From Camelus dromedarius (lineage: Eukaryota): 64,000 nt of DNA. The stretch is taken from positions 22,694,001-22,758,000 of the forward strand of contig NC_087436.1 of NCBI RefSeq assembly GCF_036321535.1, read 5' to 3'. Below the pieces are notes generated by a model, which was not told the DNA's origin, made no database searches, and saw only the letters and a program-made list of their open reading frames with translations. This document shows, piece by piece, positions 1 through 13,707 of the stretch; the stretch's first letter is position 1; every line of letters begins with the position of its first letter. The position numbers and the translations under genes were made by a program.

Positions 1-3000
1 ATTCATACAGTCAAATACACAGAAAATTCTCCCCATAACAAAATATGTTTGGGAAGTGACTCATATTCTATTAGAAAGTCAAATCCAAATTCTTTAAATA
101 AATTTCAGACTCTTACTTAAACTTGACATTATTTCTCTCCAATTTTGAAATTATGGCAAATGTTAATTTGCAGTGACTTTTAAAATTATAAAATTAATCA
201 AAATTATACAGAGAGATGTGTTGTTAAAAAGAAATTCAGTGTTGCATCTAAGAATCCAAAAAAGATTTCCAAATGTTGCACAAGGTGCAGACCTACTATG
301 CCTTAGAACATGGGCAGCTGGAGGGTGGAGGGCTATGTCCACAGCAGATTTTGATAACAGTGTAATGGACTTTAGCAGGAAAGCTAAAGCCAGTCTTAAG
401 GGGCCAACAGGTATTAAAGGACAAAACGATAAGCAATCAATCACAACATGCCTGAAGAATGAGAATGAGGAATAAAGCAGAGGATCAGGACATAAGTAGA
501 CAGAAAAGAGCCTGGGAGACCAAGTACCAGAAGGCAAAGTAACAATCTACGTAGGATACTCTGGGAAGATCACCCAAGTTTAAGTCAATAGGCCTGGGTT
601 CAAGTGGGCATCTCTATTTACAAGCCATAAGACCTCTGGCTGGACTCAGTTTCCTCACCCGCATTCTGAAGAAATCAAAGTCACAGGACAAATAAGTGGA
701 AGATCAGAATCAAGGTAACCAGCTCTGTGCCTCCGACCCAGTCATTTCATATGGTTCTTGTAAGTAGAGGCCAGTACTAGCCTCCTTCACAAAGCCTCGC
801 AGGCATGAGGAGGAAATTGAGAAGACTGGCACCAGAGGCAGGAGAGCCTGGGTGGTAAAATATAAATCCTCAAAAAGGAATGAACTCTGCAACTAAAAGG
901 CTTAAATCATTTGAGACTCTTTTTTTTTTTTTTTTTTAATCATCTTCGACTTTTCCAAAGCCATGGATCCTTTAAGTCTTCAGCTATATTCCAGCAAAGC
1001 AATGAAATTACTAGAAGGCCTCATGGTGTGAAGCCAGCTTCCACTAGCCCAGGGCTTCTGCAGAGAATCCCTTCCCTGGAGTTGTCTGTTAAGACTTACA
1101 CCAGCCCTCTGCTCAAAGCACACTAGCCACAGAACACCAAAAGAAATCTTTATTTTTAAAAACTCAGCCACCATAGAGTACAACAAAGTACTATGTAAAC
1201 ATAAATCCCAGCTGGCCAAGTTCACAGTGTCCCCCTGGAGAGATCTTTTCTCAAGTATTTCCGCACTGACCTTGCAAACATGTTTTATTATCTGCACCAA
1301 GGAGAAGGTACTGAAGCATGTAGATTACATCATCGGTCCAAGGCCACATCAGTCACAAACAGCAGAGACAATATCCCAGCCCTGGCCTGTCTGATTAGGT
1401 CGTTCCAAAAAAAGAAAGGAAAGGAGGATGGAGGGAGGAGGAGCAGAGGGAGGGATAGCACGAGGAGAGTCTCTGTTGTGTATGGTCAGTTCTCACAGGT
1501 GCAGCTGCAAAGTCCTAAGATGCGAGCTGTCACTATCCATGCCTTCTGCTTGAATAAACCCTTTATTTGGAGCCTGGGTCTATGATCTTACATTTCCTAA
1601 TCAGAGCTTAAGAGAAACCCACTTTCTTAAGTTCCAAGCTATCTTTTAATGTCCACAGCGCTCCAAATGCTGGGTTTTGGCACAACAAACAATTCAGGAG
1701 CCTCCTGATCCCAGGCGGTGATCATCCTGGCAGTGGGGTCCCTGCTCTCAGCATCAAGCTGCCAAAACAATTGGCTTTGGGTCTTGAATCATCCTACCTA
1801 ACTAGAACAAGCTCTGGGCATTCCAAAATAAGAGGAAAGGAAGTTAGACGTATAGATTTTATAGGTCTTCACATGGAGAAATATACATTCTATAAGTCAT
1901 GAAACTTAAACCGAATCAAATTAAATTAGTGATTTATTTCTCATAGGAATGAAAAATCCCCATCCTCAAGAATGGGATGGTGTGACTCATTAGATATTAT
2001 ACCTTACTATTCAGATATTACCAGATATTCCAAATATTCTGTAATTTATTTGCAATAGTCCCAGGAAGCTTGAAAGCAAACTAGCTGATACCCCAATAAC
2101 ACGGTGTGCATGTCATGCAAACTCTTCCACTTGCCCGTTACATGAGAAGGGAAGCAACAATTCAAGTTCATTGTTAGGCACATGTTTCCATCCAAGGGCC
2201 AATGTTGTTTGACCTCCCAATGACAGGCATATTAGAACATTCAGGACTCAAATTGCTTACTCTTACAGAGTACAGAACACATTACAGCCTAAAATGGACT
2301 AGGAAAGGTCCGTGGTTTCTCTTCACATTTTCTTCAAGCACCAGTTCCAGTAGAGGGTACCATGATTTCCAACTCTTCCATGGAGTCTAGTCTTCCACCT
2401 CCTCAGAATCCACCCAGCTCTCAGAAACCCAGACTGACTTCAATCACGAAAGCACAGTTTATGCCTTGGTTTACATCTTGACCTTTCCCAAGACTCTTTA
2501 TTGGGATACGGGGTTCTGTGCCTTAAACCAGTGGTTTTCAAGGACTACACAAGCTACCAATCTGTGTCAGGTTGTGTCCTCTGAGAAATCTACATCAAAA
2601 CATGACTGAAAATAAGAGAGATTAAGCACCAGTTTATTCTTATCTCCACCCCCAATATTAGATAAATGTTGCCTAACCTAAGATAGAGAAGATTTAAGAA
2701 AGGAGGACATGAAGAGAGATTAAATGCTGGTAAGTCTCTGAGAAGGGCCGGGCATCCACACCCTTCCCTGAACACAAACCAGGTAGGTATTAGCCATGAT
2801 AAGTCCCAAGATGAGGTTGGACCTCCAAGACCAGAGAAGTTGGGGGGTGGAGACCCCATGTCTTCCTTTATGATGAAGACTACTCAGGTACAAGAATGAA
2901 TATCAATAGCAAAAGACCCCACAGGACATGTTACATGGTGGGGAATCCACACAGCAGGCGTAGCCCAGTGCCCCACAAGCCAGTGATACCCTCTAGCATG

Positions 3001-3414
3001 GGGAGCTGGAAATAACTGAGAAAACACTGAAGGGAGTGAGTTTACAGAATTGACCAGATTCAGTTTTCTGACACTGGGTATAGTGAGAGCTCAGATTAAA
3101 TTCAATTATAGAAAATTTGAAAAAGAATGTACTCATCACACTAGATTTTACGGCCAAAGAAAATATGATAGATGCTTTGCTGTAACAGTCCCTGGCAGCA
3201 CGTTCCAACATAAACTTCCCTACAGCCTGAAACAGCTGAGATATTTCTATTTTAAAATATTGAAAAATTGTTGTTGAATAAGAACATGATTTTTGCTCAT
3301 TTATGCAAAAAAAAGGAAGCACACATCTTGCCACTGAAGCTAAACTGGGATAGTTCATGGGAACATTGAACAATAAAGATGTGTTATTTCATTTTGTGTT
3401 GAAAATTTAATTTG

Positions 3415-3930
3415 GCAGTTTGGATTCAAGGAACGGAGACCCACTCAACTAACTTCAAGGAAAAGAGGACTTATTGAAAGGAGACCCATGGACAGGAATG
3501 AGCACATTCCTAGGATCTGCAGCCAGTCTAAGGACAGGATACTCCTTCAGACTCCTTTGCGTCTAATGGATTCTTTCTCAAGGTGTCAAAGGCAGGTGTC
3601 TTTCTCTGCTTCTCTCTACATATCCATTTCACCCCTGTCAACATGCTTCTTTGAGTATTCACAGTTTCTGCCCATTATAGCCACATGTCCCAACTTCCAC
3701 CTCAAACAACACTGTCAACTAAAACTTAGTTCAAATTCCTGAAGTAGAGGATTAGAGTGGCTTTTATTTTTTCCCCTTAAAACAGACCACACACATAACA
3801 GCACTCTGGCTAGTCTTAGAACGACCTCCCTTGGGTCATTTACTCTGCCTAAATCTAACCAGCTTCATCCCATTAGAATTGGGGTAAGAATCATCAGATT
3901 CACACGGCCATCCTCCCATCGGGGTGAGAG
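3415..3930 (-). mobile_element. Old MaLR LTR remnant (MLT1K/L-like)
   Basis: Opens with a degenerate antisense MLT1 3' end (ttcaaggaacggagacccactcaactaacttcaagg...gacttattg); heavily diverged, boundaries approximate. Confidence 0.5.
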
Positions 3931-6309
3931 GCAGGTGAATTTCACTCGAGTCATTAAAAATGGAATAATATCTTTCATAAAATCTTTAGACAAGAAGGAA
4001 GCCATGGTCTACAATATTCTGTACCTTAGGGGTCACAGATCACATTTTAAAAAAGCAATCTTTGTTTTCTGTATCTACATCTACCAGTGTGTGTACCTTT
4101 ATTTTTTATTTTTAATTGAATTAAAATTGGCATACAATGAACTGGGCATATCTAAAGTGAAAAAAAAAAAAGAGAATGGGCAGTGGTTTGCCAGATACTC
4201 TGAGGTTTGGCACATCCATTACACCTGAGGGCAAGAGCTGCCCAGAGATTCAACTACCTTCTTTTTGCCAAGAATCTCTAGGTGATGCTCGTGGGAAAAT
4301 CTCAGCAGCACGGGAGATGGATGCTAAATACGCACCTTTTCATAGTCTACAGAATGTCTGGACTCGCTTCTCAAGTGTTTTCACATTTTCTACTCCCTAT
4401 CTCCATTTAAAAAAAGGAGGATGATTATAGCAATGCACAATTGGCCTTTCCAATAATGACTACTAAATCAAAAAATGTTGTTAAAAAATGTTGTGATATT
4501 GGTTTGACTCATTTGGCTGCTTTATACACACAGTTCTATCTTTGGCTGAAAGAATCTTCCCACTGATGTTGCAAAGGAAAAACTCCATGTCAACTGTATG
4601 CCTTAATTCTAATTTAGCTTAAAGAGTGACAAGCACAGTTTGAGAGTGAGCCCCTTCACCCCAATATGTTTCAAAGTCTAGAGCCACAAAATAAATACAA
4701 GTGTGTTGCCTTTCTTCTTCTATCACCTCTAAACAATTAACTCATTTACTCAGGACTCCTTGAGTTAATCTATCAGCCCCAATCTTTTCTGTTCCTTTAT
4801 CCACGCAAGCTTACTCACTACCTTCTCTGCCAGATCCAAGCCAACTCAGCACATAAAATGGCCTCCTCTCCTGTCTTGACTCATACACCATCAACATCAC
4901 CAGCTCCTCTCCCTTAGGATAAAACAGAGGAGCTATAAGATGTGATCACATCCAGTTCACCTGGTCCATGGCAATCATATATTTCCAAATACATCTTTGC
5001 ACAGAGAGTAAATGGGGGAAAAGAAATTCAAAACTGAGGTTTCCCTATACCTTACTGCCATGGATCAGATCACAAAGCTGTGCTATCATTGCTGTTGTTG
5101 TTTTAGGTATGACCTGGAGTCATAGATAAGATGTCAGAAGAAGATGCATATTTCCTTTTAAAGATCTGGCAGTTTCTAAGGACATTCTTGGTGAGATCAG
5201 AAACAGTTTTAAGTAAACTCACCATCCAAGGCTTATAAAGAGAGGTAACAATTACACGTAGAGTGAAACAAGACTGTGCTCCGCAGGGATCAGGGGCTTT
5301 ACCTCTACTATCCTGGATGGCTGAGATAATGAAGATATTACATGCTTCCTGGAGGAGGTGGATCAGGGGCAGAGCAGAGGAAAGGAAAGAGCAGGGCATG
5401 CAAACTTCCCCATCCCACACTCACCGTCAGGTGACTCTCAGGAGACCCAGTGAAGGTTAGTAGAGAGGCCAGAGCTGGTGCAGCAATGAAAGTCTCTCCG
5501 CCTGGAGGGAAACATCAGTGACGTGAATAAAGGTATCCTCCTAACACCAATGTTTCCAAATTCTTTGGTCAAAAGAACCAAATAACTGACAGATTCTCTC
5601 ATCTGCTGTTAGCAACCTGAAGTTAGTAATTACTTCAAACATTGCCTCTAGTTGAGAATTACCTCAAACCTTCAAAAAGTAAGCAATCAAAAATTTTAAA
5701 TGATGGTGAAAATTTCACACAAGGTACAGAGGTCAATAGGATAATGGAAATTGTAATTGTCCTTTTTTTTTTAATATTCTAAGAGCAAATTCTTCAATGT
5801 TAACATGCAGCTAAAACAGAGATCTAAACAATACCAAAAACTCAAACTAACTGCCACTTTTTCTTTGTGAGTGCAGAATTTAATAATGACATCAAATGGA
5901 AAAAGAGTATAATGATAAGGAAATGATTCATTTTAGAGCTTACATGTTCTCAGACAAATGATAGTTTGAAAAAAAAAGAAAATATGCAAAAGGGAGTGAG
6001 AGGAAGCAAAAGTTCGATGATTTTTCAGTCTGCTACAGTCTACTATTAAAGACAGATAGGGCATTTTATTTTCTAGTGGCCTAAATTAAAAATTGTTCTA
6101 GCTATCAGCATAAAATTTCTACTTGGCTTTCACACAAAAGGAAAGCTAGTGTTAGGGTATAACTCTCCACAGATTACAGGTTAATCTTGGGCTCACTGAA
6201 ATCTGCAGGATTAAAGGATGTTATCCTAATGCGTGTGTTGCATTCCAGTGCCTCAGGATCATAAATTTAATAAAATCCAGTTAAACCTAGGTGGGTAAAG
6301 GACACAGAG

Positions 6310-6810
6310 ATTCTGGTTACAAACGGCGTAAATCCAAATCAAAATGGGCTTAAGAAAAATAGGAAAGTTTCTGATCCACAATGGGAGTGTTCACGGGGAG
6401 GTGTGATTGGGTCCAGGTGTTCAGACAGTATCCTCAAGAAGGTATCTCTACTCAACTTTTGGTCAGCCTTTCCTTTGTGTTGCATCTTTCTCAGGCAGGC
6501 TTTCCCCTGTGAGTAGACTTGCATCATCTTAGCAATGAAGTCAACAGAAAGAAAATTTCTCTTCTCTTCTTACCCCAGCAGAAGTCCTGAGATGGGACTA
6601 ACCTGGGCTATATGTCTCTCCCAAAACCAAAACCCACAGTCAAGGAGAAAGGCTGTGCTAACTAGCAAGGCCAAGTAGACGAATGAAACCATTAATCCTA
6701 AGTAGGATCAACTCCACTAAACTATATGAATGGGGAGTGTAACAAGGGTGGTTTATGGAGGAAATTCTGGGTACGATTACCAATCAAAGGAAGAGTAAAT
6801 CCTGAGTAGT
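6310..6810 (-). mobile_element. Old MaLR LTR remnant (MLT1K/L-like)
   Basis: ttctggttacaaac...aaatccaaatcaaaatgggcttaag start and later agtcctgagatgggactaacctgggctatatg resemble antisense MLT1. Confidence 0.55.
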
Positions 6811-6817
6811 CCAAAAA

Positions 6818-8165
6818 GTGGTATTAGTGGGAGTTAGGTTTCTCACCGTTGGAGTAGGAGGTTACAGATAAGAAAGAGAGTAGGCTAGAATGTTCCATGT
6901 GGTGATGGAATAGAGTTGAGGACATCAGTATAAACTCATCTTGAGCTAACAGGAATGCAGATGATTACCTACAGAAATAGTTATAGATAGGTGTACATAC
7001 AGGCATTGGTACACACCATATATTTCCATGTCCTGCCAGCTGAGAGGGCTGAGAAGCAATACCACACTAGTAGTAACAAGCACACTCAGTGCAAAGATCT
7101 TAGTTTCTTATACGATTCTTCAATAAAAGGAATCAAGGATCCTTGGAGAAATGTCTGAGTCTAGGACTAGGACAGGAAGTATACAAGATGAGCCTGTAGC
7201 GTCATGTAGTGCCAGAAAGTAAGGAAGTGCTCAAAAACAAGCAAACAAACAAAAAACAGAACCCTGCAATGATGGGGGTAATGTCAACAAGGACATTGGC
7301 ACTAACGGAAAGAGCTCCCAAAGGCCAAAGTTGGAAAATGCTGCACAAACAAAATAAATAATGTTGAATCATAACACAAATATAAAATAAATACCCATGA
7401 GTCATACACAGATATAAACAAATGGCTGAATAAGTAAATAAATGGGGAAAAGGAACAAATCTCTCTTGCAAAAGAATTCCAAATAATTTATACGGATACT
7501 TCACGTATGGGCTACACATAGTGACTGCCCTCCAAAGAGAACAGGATGGAAAGAGGGAGGGAAAGAGGAAATTTGACTGCCCTCCAAAGAGAACAGGATG
7601 GAAAGAGGGTGGGCAAAACCCTCCTCAACCAGGTAAGCAAGGTTAACATCAATAGGGATAAATCATGTTAGTAGTATGCTCTTGATGTGATGTAATGAGA
7701 ATAGCAGTTACTTCTATGGCCTTCTTCCCAAAAACCTACAACCCCAGTCAAATCATGAGGAAAACATCTGGCAAATCCCAGTGGAGAGGCATTCCACAAA
7801 ATACCTATCAGTCCTTAAAACTCTCAAGGTCATCAAAAACAAGGAAAGTCTGAGAAACTGTCATAGCCAAGAGGAGCTGAAGAGGCATGATGACTAAATG
7901 TAATTTGGTACCCTGGATGCGATCCTGGAACAGCAACAAAAAAGAACATCAGGGGAAAATCGTGGGAACCCAAATAAAGTATGGACTTTAGTTAATGATA
8001 ATGCATCAATATTGGTCCATTGATTGTAAAAATATATATATACCTTCGTTATGTAAGATACTAATAATAGGAGAAACTAGGTACAGGGTATAAGGAACGC
8101 CTATACTATCTTCACAGTATTGGTGTAAATCTGAAGTTGTTCTAAAATAAAAATTTAATCTGAAA
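6818..8165 (+). mobile_element. Ancient L1 3' UTR (L1MC/L1MD-type)
   Basis: Recalled L1MC/MD 3' UTR blocks (caaggtcatcaaaaacaaggaaagtctgagaaactgtcatagccaagaggag; gactaaatgtaatttggtaccctggatg); ends ctaaaataaaaattt. Confidence 0.8.
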
Positions 8166-8297
8166 AAATTGGACAAGGCATAAAACAATCAAAGGGTCAA
8201 GGAGAAGGAAAACATATCAGAAAAGTTAAGTGATACAGAAGATCAATATCTGCCTATTAAGAGCTCAAGAAGAGAGAACATAAGAAACAAAGGAGAG

Positions 8298-8742
8298 ATA
8301 AATGACTACCGTCCACCAAAAATGTCCACATCCTAGTATCCAGAACCTATGAATATATTACCCTACACAGCAAAAAGGATTTTGCAGAGGTGATTAAAGG
8401 TGATGGTTTTGTGGTGAGGAGATTATCCTGATCATTGGTAGAACCAGTCTAACTACAGAATGTTTAAAAGCCTAGAACCTTCCCAGGCTGCAGAGGCCAG
8501 AAGAGCTGGCCTCATGAAAAGGACTCTATCATTCACTGCTGGTTTTCAGATGGAGGAAGGGGGTCATAAGACAAAAATGCAGGTGGCCCCCAGAAGCTGG
8601 AGAAGGCAAGGAATGGATTTTCCACTAGAATTTCCACTGGAAAGGAATACAGCCCTGCCAACACCTTGATTGTACATCAGTGTCAGATTTCTGACCTGCA
8701 GAACTGAAAGATGATACACTTTTACTGTTTAAGCCACCAAAA
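8298..8742 (+). mobile_element. MaLR LTR (MLT1D-like)
   Basis: aaaatgtccacatcctagtatccagaacctatgaatatattacc...ggattttgcagaggtgattaa...agatttctgacctgcagaactg...tgtttaagccacc. Confidence 0.8.
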
Positions 8743-8749
8743 TAATACT

Positions 8750-8773
8750 GATGATGATGATGATGATGATGAT
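8750..8773 (+). repeat. (GAT)8 microsatellite
   Basis: Eight perfect GAT units read directly. Confidence 0.95.
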
Positions 8774-8954
8774 GGTATCTGCTCCAGCAGGACATTGGGC
8801 ATCAATTAAAGAACAGACCTTGAAGGCTAAGCTGGACCCAATATAATGACTGTCATGTTATCATGACTGAATAGCTGAAGAACGTGGGAAATAGAAGATA
8901 TCTACATCAGGCGCTGTACTAGATGAATTACCAACAATCTCATGACAAATTGGT

Positions 8955-9740
8955 GAGATTTATTGTTACCTATGCAACTTTCAGTTCTGGAATTTTCATT
9001 TAGTTCCTCTAACATTTCCATTTATATGCTGGGATTTCATATCTCCTGCTTCACGGTGAGAAATTTGTCTCATCTCATTAAGTATGGATGGTTTTAATAG
9101 CTACTTAAAATCCTTGTCTGCTAATTCTAAAATCTGGTTCATCTCAGAATTCGATGCATTTGATTTTCTTTTCTCTTGCAAAGATGTTCCATCTTCTTAT
9201 GTCAAGTAATTTTAGACTTTATGCTGCATATTTTGAATGTTACATTGTGGGGATTCTGAACATTGTTTTGTTTTCCAACACATTTTGTTTCTTTCTTTTT
9301 TGTAGGTAATTATTTCGGCTGGGCTTAATTTGAGATTCTGATTTGGCGGCAGCAGCTCCTATCCCTCTTCAGACTTCTTCTCTAGCTGAGTTGCTCTGAG
9401 TCTGTTCAACACAGCATGGACTAAAGATGAGCCGGATATGTGGACAGACAGAATTTTTGGATCTTCCCATTCTGGGATTCCCCTACTCCTTTCAGTAGCC
9501 ACATTCCCCTGGCTTCGGTCTCCTGGTTCCCTCGGCCAGAAAGCCAGTATGTGTTCCCACTGTTGTTCCTGCCTCCCCTGCAGGAATTGTGCAGACTGTA
9601 TTTAGTTCCAGGCTAAAAGCTGAAAAAATGAGGAACTGCTGCTTACAGCCCTATTGTTCTATCTTCTGAGTGTGTACACAAGATTGCTCTGTTCATTCTT
9701 CAAGCAGTTGCTTTGTATTAAGCCCAAGTTTCTTAGATGC
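8955..9740 (-). mobile_element. Ancient L1 5'/ORF1-region fragment (L1M-type)
   Basis: T-rich antisense L1 wording (tttcagttctggaattttcattt; aaatccttgtctgctaattctaaaatctggttcatctcag). Confidence 0.55.
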
Positions 9741-11636
9741 TTTCTGCAACGGAGTCTTCTACTAAAACCTTGGTCTGTCATTCCCAGAAGCAAAAGTCCT
9801 CCAGATCATTTGATGCTAAGAAAAAAAAAAAAATTCCTTCCATTGCACTGATCTTCAAAAGTCAAAAGACAGATTTTTTTAAAGGTAGAATTAAATACTT
9901 TTTTTCTGAGAAGAATTAAATATCTGTAAATCTTTATTCTTGTATCTTAAAGAATGGATAATGGAAAGCAAGGAAGCTTCTAGCATTTTCTAAAGTACTT
10001 ATTGCATGCCTTTCAACACAGTGAAAAACACTTTCTTCTCTGATTTATTTTTCCCACTAACACTTTCAGACATATTATTCCCTATGTAACATTTGAGGAA
10101 ATCGAGGTTCATAAAGTTTGAAGAGTAGCAGGACTGAGCTTTGATTTCATGTCTTCTAAATCCAAGCCCACCATTCTCTTTACTAAGCCTTGGTTTCCTG
10201 AGTTATATGATGTATACCTCTCAATAATTTTACCAGAACTGAAACAGACAAGAATGTTTAACAAAAATGGTACATTAATTCCAAATTTGAACGTTCACAA
10301 ATTTTTCACTGATGCTGCAATTATTGAAGTATTTAATGAGGACCAAATTTATTTCAGGCACTTTGTGAGTGATGAGGATGAATAACTGTCCCATGTCCTA
10401 AAAGGAATACATAATTTAATGCAAGATGCAAAAATAATCATCTCATGAGATATTTACTCTGTCATTAAATTCATACACTCATAAGAAAGTTTGCTTCAGA
10501 ATAGAAAAGAGAACAAAATATACAATAAATTGTTTATTTTACTAGTTATAAACAAACAGAACCTGGTCGTTCTCAAATGAAAGAAATACTTGTTTTGTAA
10601 AACAGATGACAAATATTAATCTGAACATTATAAGCACTGAGCTCATAATTTATCTGGTGTAGGTCTTTCATGAAATGGTAAGATTAAAAGATGTTTATGA
10701 AGAATCTCAACCACCAAAGATACAATAGCAGGCAGAATGTCTTTCTAAATATTTGGGAAAGAAACAATGCCAAACAGAGACCTATTACTACTCATACCCC
10801 TTCTAGAAGATGACATGCAAAGGTCAGACATGCCTAAAATCGATCATTTTTCCACAATCGACTAACTTGGCACTGGGAGGAAGTGGCAATGACCACTAAT
10901 GGTCTTAAGAGGCTCTAAAATGAGAGCTAGTCAACAACACGGGGAAGGGAGACAGACGGGGAGGGTTAAAAAATGAGTTTTGTTAAAATTTAAACTGCTG
11001 TTACTTAAGATGTCAGAACTGGGGCACATTCTACAAAAAGGCACTGAGATCAGAACGAAGCAATCCGGGATATCCCAACCCTCAGTTCATCAGGCTTTTA
11101 CATGATCTGTGAGAACAATCATTTGAGGGAAAATTGGAAGGGAAAAAAAAAAATAAAAGAATCAGTCAGAGACCAGGCAGAATCTGCAAAGATGGTAAAG
11201 AAAACTACAAGAAAAGAAAAGAAAAAAATAGCAAAGGAAAGAAAAGGCACTTTAATCAGAAGTCACAGGAAGGATAAGCCAGGATTTAAACCTGAAAGAA
11301 TAAAAACTGTCCAGAAGCCAAAACGAGGCCAAAGGCAATGGCTCAGCCTGGGACCAGGTCCCTGGAGAATGGGCGGCGCCTTCCAAGCACCACGGAGAAT
11401 TTTGTGCTTTGAAGACATGGAAGGGTCTAGGAAGAAACGGCAAGAGCTGAGAAGGGAGCAATGCTGGAGGTGTCTAGAAAGGGCTGTTTAATGGTTTAAA
11501 TCCATGCAAAGGAACCCAGCAGTGTAAGGCTCAGCTCCTTTTGGCTGATGCCAAGTCCTCTGCAGCACTAAAGCATAAACGTGCACTCGAACACTGGAGC
11601 AGACGGCGGGAACAGGTGAGAAAGAAAGAACCTATA

Positions 11637-12111
11637 CAGACAGTTCTGACTTACGATGGTTCAACTTAATGATTTTTTTGACTTTATCATGGTGCAAAAG
11701 CAATACGCATTCACAGTAGAAACCAAACTTTGAATTTTGAGCTTTGATCTTTTCCCGGGCTAGCAACTTGCATACAGTATTCTCTCAAGATGCTGGTCAG
11801 TGGCAGCCGCAGCTCCCAGCCAGCCACGTGATCAACAGGGGAAACGACTGACACCCATTCTGTATCCATAGACCCTCAGTACTGTACTCAATACGTTACA
11901 TAAGACAGGCAACACTTTATTGTAAGATAGGCTCTGTGTTGGATGATTTTGCCCAGCTGTAGTCAAGCGTTCTGAGCATGTTTAAGGTAGGTGAGGCTAA
12001 GCTACAATGTTCAGTAGGTTAGTGGCATTAAATGCAGTTTTGACTTACGATATTTTAAGTTTATGATGGGTTTATCAGCACGTAACCCCATCGTAAATTG
12101 AGGAAGATCTG
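11637..12111 (-). mobile_element. TcMar-Tigger non-autonomous element (MER47/Tigger5-type), full length
   Basis: Imperfect TIRs cagacagttctgacttacgatgg / ccatcgtaaattgaggaagatctg, TA on both sides (11635-36, 12112-13); interior matches recalled MER47 (gttctgagcatgtttaaggtagg..aggctaagcta). Confidence 0.9.
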
Positions 12112-12696
12112 TAGTTGGTATTAGAGATGAGAGAAAGGAAGCTCAGCAGTTAGATGGGAAAAGCCCTTTGCATCATAACAGATGTAGTAAATTACAGAGA
12201 AGTCATGCTCTCAAATGCCAGAGAGACGCCCTTGCTAATTCTTCTGTGCACTCCAGGGCAAGTGCACAGCAGCCCCGACAACGTGATGCCTGGAGGCAGA
12301 TTTAAAAACAAGTGAAAAAAGAATGAGGAATTTTTTTTTTTAAAGGATGGGAGAGAAGAAAGAGGAAGGAAAAATAGGAAAAGAGAGAGAAGAGTCTACT
12401 GGTGGAGAGATGGGCAGGGAGAGTGCCAGAACATTTGCCTCACGCACCCAGTCCCGCACACCTTTCCTCCCTCCCACTGCCTCCTCTAGTTCCTAGATCT
12501 TTCATAGTAAATTGTTCAGTTTGCCGAAACAGTCTGCATCTGAGGAGGTAAGGGCAGTCCAAGCATAATTTTGGAAGAAATCAAGATGCAAATAACTTGT
12601 CTTTATTGTAATTCTTGTCACTTTCCCTCCTCGCAATAATAGTGTTTTAATCTTAGAGTGACTTAGCAAGTCACTGGCAAGAAGAACATTCATTAA

Positions 12697-13160
12697 CTAC
12701 TCAGCCATAAAAAATAATAAAATAATGCCATTTGCAGCAATTTAAATGGACCTGGAGACTGTCATAGTAAGTGAAGTAAGTCAGACAGAGAAGAAAAATA
12801 CATATCACATACATATGGAATCTTTAAAAAATGACACAAATGAACTTATTTACAAAACAGAAACAGATTCACAGACATAGAAAACAAACTTATGGTTACC
12901 GGGGGAAAGGGAGGGGTGGAGGGATAAATTGGAAGTTTGGGATTAGCAGATACTAACTACTGTATATAAAATAGATAAACAGCAAGGTTCTACGCTATAG
13001 CACAGGGGACTATATTCAATACTTTGTAATAGCCTATAAGAAAAAATAATATGAAAAGAAATATATATATATTTATGTATAACTGAGTCACTATGCTCTA
13101 CACCAGAAACAAACACAACATTGTAAACCGACTATACTTCAATAAAAAATTTTTTTTAAA
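12697..13160 (+). mobile_element. 5'-truncated L1 (cetartiodactyl/camelid-type 3' end) with TSD
   Basis: ORF2 tail plus 3' UTR (gaaaacaaacttatggttacc; gggataaattgg..gtttgggattagcagatac; actatacttcaataaaaa). 18-bp TSD aagaagaacattcattaa (12679-96) / aagaagaagattcattaa (13161-78), one mismatch. Confidence 0.95.
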
Positions 13161-13707
13161 AAGAAGAAGATTCATTAAGTTAACTTTTCCTTAACACTAA
13201 AGAAGCGGCTTTGGACAGGTGTGTGCACTGAAAGGAGAACGAGGCATTATGTCAGTGGGCAACACTGAAGGATGTGAATACAATTCTGCTCTTCAAGGCA
13301 TGACTGTACATTAAACCTGACTGAACAAATAGGGCCAACGCCCCATATCCAAATAGATGCTATCATCTCAAAACAGTCACCTCAGGATGCAATAAACTTA
13401 GAAGTACTAGACATGTTTTGCTACCTGCCCCACACATCTGTTCCCTTAGAAGGACGAACTGCTCTATAGAAGGAATGACTCTGTGTACTCGGGTCCCTCC
13501 TGCCTCCACCAGCCACAGTTGATTGTACCAGGAATAAACAACTGGCAGTCCTATCAGATGTTCTTCCATGAAAATTTTACCTGATTTCAGAATAGTTAAA
13601 ATTCTAACTAATTTTAGATATTAGTGCAGAGTCTCTAGTCCGGGGTCCAAAAAATGCACAGTTCTGTCACCACTCTCATTTCCACAACCATCACAGACAA
13701 GACTAAC

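Noticed and set aside
11102..11491. 129-aa Lys-rich ORF
   Set aside because: Produced by A-rich low-complexity sequence; no recognisable homology.
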